Source of the DNA: Eledone cirrhosa
Taxonomy: Eukaryota
Direction of reading: 5' to 3'
Assembly (NCBI GenBank): GCA_964016885.1
Contig: OZ024744.1
Coordinates: forward strand, 75,454,001-75,518,000
Length of the DNA stretch: 64,000 nt
This document shows positions 57,031-64,000 of the stretch, piece by piece. The first letter of the stretch is position 1; each line of letters begins with the position of its first letter. Made by a program: the position numbers and the translations under genes. Under the pieces are notes generated by a model. It was given only the letters and a program-made list of their open reading frames with translations, was not told the DNA's origin and did no database searches.

Positions 57031-57359
57031 TTCCAACGTTACTATTTATTACGACTGTAACGCTATGCAGTCCTTCTGTGATTAACTAACTGTTTACTTA
57101 CTAGAACAATAACTCTTTCTTTTTCACTCTTTCTTTCCTCTTTCATTCTCTCTCTTTTTCTTCTACCAGACTCCATTGTCCATCCTTTTTTTTTTGTCTG
57201 TCACTACCTGGCTTAGAAAGAGACAATGTATGTTTTCCTGCTCGCCACTGCACTTAATTTTTATATTTTCCCTCCTTCATACGTTACCATTTACACAATT
57301 TGCCTGATCCATGCCATGTCCTGTTTCCCGTCGTATGACTATTTATTATTTATCTATAT

Positions 57360-57710
57360 ATGAGTTCAATTCCCGCCAAAATTAGCTTTGCCTTTCATTC
57401 TTAGGGGGTCAATAAAATAAAGTACCATTAACGTACAGGGGTCGATCTAATCGACTTTCCCCTCTCCTAAAATCGTTGGCATTGTGCCTAAACGAGAAAC
57501 TATTATTGATCTATATAGGGGAAGGGGATTGGCAGAATCATTAGAGCAGCGCCGGACAAAATGCTTAATAGTTATCGATCAAATCTCGCCGAGGTCAACT
57601 TTGCTTTTCATACCTATCGGGTCGATAAAATAAATAAACACGCTGGTATCGCTTTAATCGATTTTCCCCTCCCCAACAATTGTTGGCCTTGTCTAAATCA
57701 GAATCTATTA
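57360..57710 (+). mobile_element. Two diverged SINE family 1 copies
   Basis: Diverged consensus. Other diverged copies lie at ~13370-13570, 39515-39670, 43180-43370 and 49700-49748. Confidence 0.7.
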
Positions 57711-58384
57711 TTTGTCTTCAAAATTGCTTTGCTGTTTTAATTGATTTTCTCAGTCTCTATGTTGCGTTGTCTCATATGCATTTCTCCAGAGGTTTGTTCA
57801 ATTCGGGGTGCAACCTGTGCTCAATATTATGCAATCTCAAAGCTATGCACGGAACTGCAATGAACAGAGCATGTCAGACGAAGAAGGTTGATGCTTTTGT
57901 TCATTCGCCAAATGTTCCTCGTTCTTTCTCTGAGTAACTTTGCTATGCATTACTACTGTAACGCTAGGCGTTCCTTCTTCGATTAACTATATATATATAT
58001 GAGGTGTGCAGATGGTGAGTGAGTGTGTTGTGTGCGTGTAAAGAGAGAGAAAGAGAGACAGAGTTTCCATCTACCAAGTTTCACAAGACCTTGATAAACT
58101 CAAAACTACAGGTGAAACCCTTGCCCAAGGTGCCAGCCATGGGACTGAACCCGAAACCACGTGGTTGCGAAGCGATCCACTTAAACACGAAGCCATCGAA
58201 TCAAGTAAAATGTCTACAAAATAGAAAAATTGAACACCACCAATTTTTATTTTTTTATTTTCGAGTGCGGATAACAAACACAGTTTCTCAACGATTGATT
58301 CACAGATACTTCAAATACTTCACAGATTCTTGATGAGTGAATACGTACTCATCATTATAAATACTAATATAGGTTAATATTTGT

Positions 58385-59340
58385 GTGGGTAGCGGGTTAC
58401 TACTTGTAACCTTAGGTATCCACACGATTTCAATAAGCCATCAAGTGTTCCAAACACTTATGATGATCTTCTCTTTTCGTATGAGGCTCAGTTTTTATCG
58501 AAGCTCTACAGACCAGACCACTTCAATCTCTATTATTGATTTGACCATATCATTACTCACAGACGGAACTGTACTGATTACCACTGGCACAATCTTTACA
58601 GATTTTATGGTCCAAAATTTCGCAATCTCAAACTTTAAGGTGTTGTAGTTTTCCATCTTTCCATCTACCAAACGGGTATGATGGATCAATCAGTATGCAC
58701 ATGTCTTGCCTTTTTCTTATTGCGATATTTCACTGTAATACCTAGCGCAATTCTAACTGCCCAGGCTATGTATAGGATTTTGATTAGATTTTTTTTTTTT
58801 ATCTATTATATTCAAACTTAGTGTCTGTGATATAATATAAGGGTTGTTTCTATTTTCTATCCCCTCATTCTAATTATCTCTATTTCCAGATCTTTATATT
58901 TATTAGAACTGATATTTAGATTAGGATGCATTGTTTTCTTTGTGGTATTTGACATTATCTGACTGATTAATCTTCATCACCCTATTTACGTGTACTGGCA
59001 TATATTAAACTATGACACTTTTATATGCTTGCACCTCTTCCCTTTTTTTATGGGATTTCATAATACTGGAACACCTTGCAATGTATGGATATCCCAATTT
59101 TGTCATGTTTGTAAAATGTTCCTTTTTTGGCTAAGACAAAATATCCAAATACACTGTGGATTATTGTTTCATCCCATCTCCACATATTCTGAAATGACTT
59201 AATATATTCTACTTCAATGTGTACTGTAATAGTTTCTGGTGAGGATGATTTGAACTTGAGTTGGAAAAAATAATATTTGAGCCTCAGTTTTTAGTTCTAT
59301 TTTTCTCATCTAGTGTTGGGAATTATGTTCCATTTATCTA
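58385..59340 (-). mobile_element. Old RLE-LINE remnants, probably two 3' ends
   Basis: YNTLKFEIAKFWTIKSVKIVPVVI and YKDLEIE motifs on minus. Confidence 0.5.
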
Positions 59341-59365
59341 GCACCCTTATGACAAATAAATGAAA

Positions 59366-59585
59366 GGGTAGTGGATTGGCAGAATTGGTAGAGTGCCGGA
59401 CACCATGCTTCGTAGCATGGAGTTACGGATTTTTATGTTCTGAGTTCATCAAATCCCGTCGAGGTTAGCTTTGCCTTTCATCCTTACGGGGTCGATGAAA
59501 TAAAGCACCAGTAATGCACTGGGGTCGCTTTAATCGAATCCTCCCGTAAAAAAAATTCTGGCATTGTGCCTATAATAGAAATCAT
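59366..59585 (+). mobile_element. SINE family 1 with (ATT)n tail
   Basis: Matches the family 1 consensus. Confidence 0.82.
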
Positions 59586-60559
59586 CATTATTATTATTAT
59601 TATTATTTGAAACTTCCTTTGAATTCTGCTTCTTTCCGATATATCGGGTGTCAACTTCACACCCGAGACAAAATTTAGTAATACATATATTTACAATCCA
59701 TTGCCATACAAATGATTAGATAGGGGCATAACCAAAAGTAAATGTCTTTGCGAGTTACTTAAAATTATATTGCCCTTCTCAGGATATGGACAGTGCCAGT
59801 CAGCACTGTTTTCTGTATCTCTTGCAGAGATGGCTTTCTGTGTATTTGGTGGAAATATTTTTCAGTTTCCTTTTTTATCATTCCTAATGCACCGACAATT
59901 ACTGGTATTTACAGGCCTTAAGATGCCACATTTTCTCAATTTCAGTTGTCATATTTTTATATTTACTGAGCTTTCGGAATTCTTTCGAGGAGATGTTATG
60001 GTCCGATGGAATGTCCAAGGTCATTTACAATTATATCAGCTTCGTTGGCCTTGATTCTTCTCTCAGTGTTGACAGGGAAGTTCCATATGATTATCACATT
60101 CTTGCTATTCTGTCACTGCATCTGGGTGATGGTGGTATCATTTTCACTCTTTTTTATACCATAAAACTGCATATTACCCAGTATAAATGGTACTCCACTC
60201 TATCATGCCTCGTTTTATATCTCTGGGTAGTTAATAACTTGCAGCCTGAAATCAACTGGTCAATAGTCTCAGTAGGCTCATCACAGAATCGACACTTTAG
60301 ATCAGTTTCACATTGGCTTGAAAGTTCTGCGTTAAAAGATACTGGTCCTGCGCAGCCAAAATGAAGGACTCACTCTCTTTCTAGCCCAGAAGTCCACAAC
60401 CACTGATGTTTGAGAATCTGATCTACACCAGGTTCTTTGCTACAGAGAACATACTGACCATGTAGTGGTTTTTGCTCCTATTTAGTGCAGTTTCAGTTGA
60501 CCTTCATGTTTTGCCAACATTTTTTGTTCATTTTAGTATTTTGCTGACATTTTGATTTC

Positions 60560-61275
60560 TTTATTATTATTTTCTTGGTGTCTCAGTCATTGAAGTTATT
60601 TAACTGGAAAGTTTGTTCAAATGAACATCAAGCCGTTATCTGCAGCTACAGATATTCAGGACGTATCGGAGGGTTCTTTCTGCTCCCAGCAAGCATGCCT
60701 TTTGAAGTCTTCCAAAAAAAGGGGGTGGTTGGACTAATCTTCTTTAACCATCCTTGAAAACTCTTCGAGATAGTACTTAGTGCTCCTATGACAATCGGGA
60801 CGACCTTGATCTCATGACAGTCCCGAATCCTTTTTACCTCCCACTTTAAATCCTGGTATCGGTTTAATTTTCTCCTTCTCCTGTTCTTGTACTATTGTGT
60901 CAAAGTAGCAGGCTACATCTACAATCAGGCACAATCTTTTTTCCACCAAGTCAGGCCTATTATGTTCTAATTTCTTGTCTGTCTGTATCCTAAAATCCCA
61001 TACCACCTTCACATTGATCAATGCCAGTGAATCACCTTTCTTATTATATCGTGCCTCCATCCTTTATAGTGAGTCTGGGCCAGGTGTTTATATTCGGATA
61101 CGATGTGAGCCACAGTTTCCTCTCTCTTTCCACAGATCCTACAGAATGGGCTAACCTATTCTTTGTCAATATGGTGTTTCACCCACTTCGTTCTGAGGCC
61201 TTGCTCCTGTGCAGCCACTAGCATCCCCTCTGTAGCTTTTTAAAGGTCTCCTCTTTTTAACCAGCTCCATGTCTG
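60560..61275 (-). mobile_element. Degraded R4/Dong-type RLE 3' fragment
   Basis: VVWDFRIQTDKKLEHNRPDL..CLIVDVACYFD..KEK, followed by IKVVPIVIGAL. Left boundary approximate. Confidence 0.7.
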
Positions 61276-61302
61276 GTATGTATGTATTATTATTATTACT
61301 AA

Positions 61303-61498
61303 AGATGGATTGGCAGTATCGGTAGAAGGTCGGACGCCATGCTTTGACGCTTTGAGTTACGGCCCTTGCCATTCTGAGTTCAAATCCCGCCGAGGTTAAC
61401 TTTGCCTTTCATCCTTATGGGGTCGATAAAATAAAGTACCAGTAATACACTGGGTAATTGCTGGCCTTGTGCCCAAAGTAGAAACAATTATTATTATT
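61303..61498 (+). mobile_element. SINE family 1 with (ATT)n tail
   Basis: Matches the family 1 consensus. Confidence 0.88.
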
Positions 61499-61509
61499 AC
61501 TATCATCAT

Positions 61510-62840
61510 TTCCAATATTATTTTTATTGCGCATCATTAATGCTCTACCGAGCACAACTCTATGCACCTTGGGTATGAGCAGTGTAGTGTTTGCTGATAT
61601 TTCTATTGTATTGATAGTACTTTTCGTAATATGTGGGCAGTGCCTATTAGTGATATCTTTTGTATACTGTATATATTGTAAGTCCTGGGGTTTGGGGCTA
61701 TGTATTTGTCTGTGCGTTTTTATCATTCCCAGAACACCTATTATTATAGGTATAGTTTCTGTTTTCATTTTCCACGCTCGAGTTATTTCTATCTCTAGAT
61801 CTTTATATTCGGAGAGTTTCTCTATTTCCTTGGAAGATATACTGTCGTCTGTGGGGATTGATACATCCATTATAAGGTATTTTTTTCTTTGTGGTCTTTG
61901 ACTATATCTGGTCGGTTGGCTTTGATCTCTGTCTGTATATATTGGCATATCCTAGAGAATGGTTGCTTTGTCATTCTCTGATACTTTTTCTATTATTATT
62001 ATTATTATTGCGTGCCGTCATTATTGTATGAGTATATCTCTGTACACTTTGGGTATATGCAGCTTTGTTTTTATGTTGTTTCTATTGCCTTAAGAGGACT
62101 CTTTCTCTGTCAAGCAACTACAACCACTTACAATGTGGGTTATGAATTCGTCCTTCCCATTACACATTCTGTATTTTGCATTCTCACTTGATTTGTCTAC
62201 TTTTGCTTTAATAAGATTAATTTCTAAGGCCAGCCATGATTAGACCTTCAGTTTTTCTTTCTTCAACTTACCCCTTTTCAGCCACAACCATGATTTCTCT
62301 GCTACCTGTTTCTTTGTTTGTCTTAAATACTGTCCACTGATGTCTTTTCTCCAAATATCTCTTTCTCTTTCCCTTTTCTTCCACCTTTTGCACTTTCAAG
62401 TTCCACTTCATTGCACTCCCTATCCTTACTGCAAATATAAGTATTTCTTAACTTCTCATCACATATCCACCCAGATTACATTCTGCCATATCAACACAAT
62501 CTTCTATGGAAATTCACCCACGCCCTACTTCTTTCTTTTGTAGATACAATTTATCCATAGTGTCTCTTTGAGGAACTGCTCGGTACATCGTCAAAAACAT
62601 TCTTGTCCTATTGAACATTTATTTGAGTTGTTGTCTTGACTAATTCACGAATGCAGCAGAGTACCCCAATTGCTATGGTAATTTTTCCTCCATTAAGTTT
62701 AAGATTAATAATTTCTTTACTCTTCAAAAATATTCTTTCGTGAATGACCCTTTCTTTTACCTGTTCACAGTATTCTATCTACCTCTATAATACCCCGGTG
62801 CTTGAAAATGTTACCTTTTCTCAATGCTCTGGTCTCTGCA
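61510..62840 (-). mobile_element. Degraded R4/Dong-type element (family C) next to (TAA)n
   Basis: MPIYTDR..ANRPDI..YLIMDVSIPTD..KEIEKLSEYKDLEIEITRAWKMKTETIPIIIG. Confidence 0.75.
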
Positions 62841-64000
62841 TCATCATCCATTCAGAATGTTGTTATTTTTCCTCTCTTAAGTACTAACCTTGCACATTTA
62901 CCTATTGAAAATTACATTCCGTATCACTATATAATATTATTATTATTATTATTATTATTATTAGCATTATTATTAACATCATCATCATTATCATCATTGT
63001 CATTTGCTTTTGCCGACTTCCGACGTGTTTCACTCTCTCGCCGAATTTCCCTTAATGGGAATACTTTCTTTTTGGAGTACTTACATATAAGAGACATGAA
63101 ATGGTTTGACGCCCATTACCTTAACTAGTAGAAAAAAGGTTTTGTAGTTTTAAAAAGTTGACAATGTGATAGCTAATGCTCCAGACCTTAATATATTTTA
63201 TTTTCCGTTGATTGTAGACATACATGTGACAAAAAACTCAAACAATGAATGAAATGTCCAAAATGTACTCAACGCAGTAAATAAGAAAACATAATCCTAT
63301 TGAGACTAATTATACGAAAAACCAGAATGGGAAATATTGTATTAGTTGTATTAAAAACAACCACGATAAATTTCATACAAACATGTCCAACGAAAATTTT
63401 CAGAAAAGTGATTTTCAGGACAATAATTTTGCCGTTGTTACTAGTTTGAGGTTAAAAGAAATTTAGAATTATTTGTTTTTCCTAAATTATTATTTCATCT
63501 CTAAATGAAATGACAATGACTCTCCTTACTTGATGAATATATGCAAGCATTGCTTATCTGATATATTGGATGAAGTACATACCATTTAACAAGGCAAAGC
63601 ATATGGATATGTGTGCCTACTATTAAGAAATAAGAAAACAGCTAGATGGAAAGCTGAAATCCGACGTCACACATCCACCCTTACATTTTAAATATAATCT
63701 TTCGGCCAGAAAATTATAAAGGTAAGTCAGGCACTTTGACCATCACATTAACCACTGGCTCATTGCCACATGTGTACTGAAGTACGAACATATGATATGT
63801 TTGGTTGTAAAGAGACGATATTCCAAAAGTGTTCCCTGTTGAAAACGCAAGGCGTAAGGCCTAGATATATAGTTGTGGAACATTTATTCTCAAAAGCTGG
63901 GGAATAGAAGAAAAAGGCGGCATCGAGCAAAAGACTCCGAAGTCCTATTGATCACAGTTCTGGAGGTTTAGATTCCAATTGCAACAGCACCTGCACCACC

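Overview
Eukaryotic, AT-rich, extremely repeat-dense intergenic or intronic DNA. I infer a coleoid cephalopod, probably Octopus, from the SINE families and microsatellite load. I found no host protein-coding exon, rRNA or true tRNA, and almost all listed ORFs are microsatellite artefacts. The real content is mobile DNA: (1) Penelope-like retroelements (PLEs), including an uninterrupted 477-aa RT + GIY-YIG ORF at 17571-19004, with direct and inverted pseudo-LTRs (pLTRs); (2) R4/Dong-type RLE non-LTR retrotransposons stacked in (TACA)n and (TAA)n microsatellites; (3) CRE-like RLE retrotransposon fragments, one with a ~61-bp target-site duplication; (4) three tandem RTE-derived non-autonomous elements; (5) two non-autonomous Helitrons; (6) hAT-like and foldback MITEs; (7) about 20 tRNA-derived SINEs; (8) many long inverted repeats. 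The most notable signal is a fully foldable but non-canonical type I hammerhead ribozyme (core CAGAAGA, U-U at the base of stem II) that is fixed in all pLTR copies of the main PLE family. A second, unrelated repeat carries a hammerhead with the same unusual stem II. All alignments and folds were done by eye; boundaries are approximate unless junction bases are quoted.
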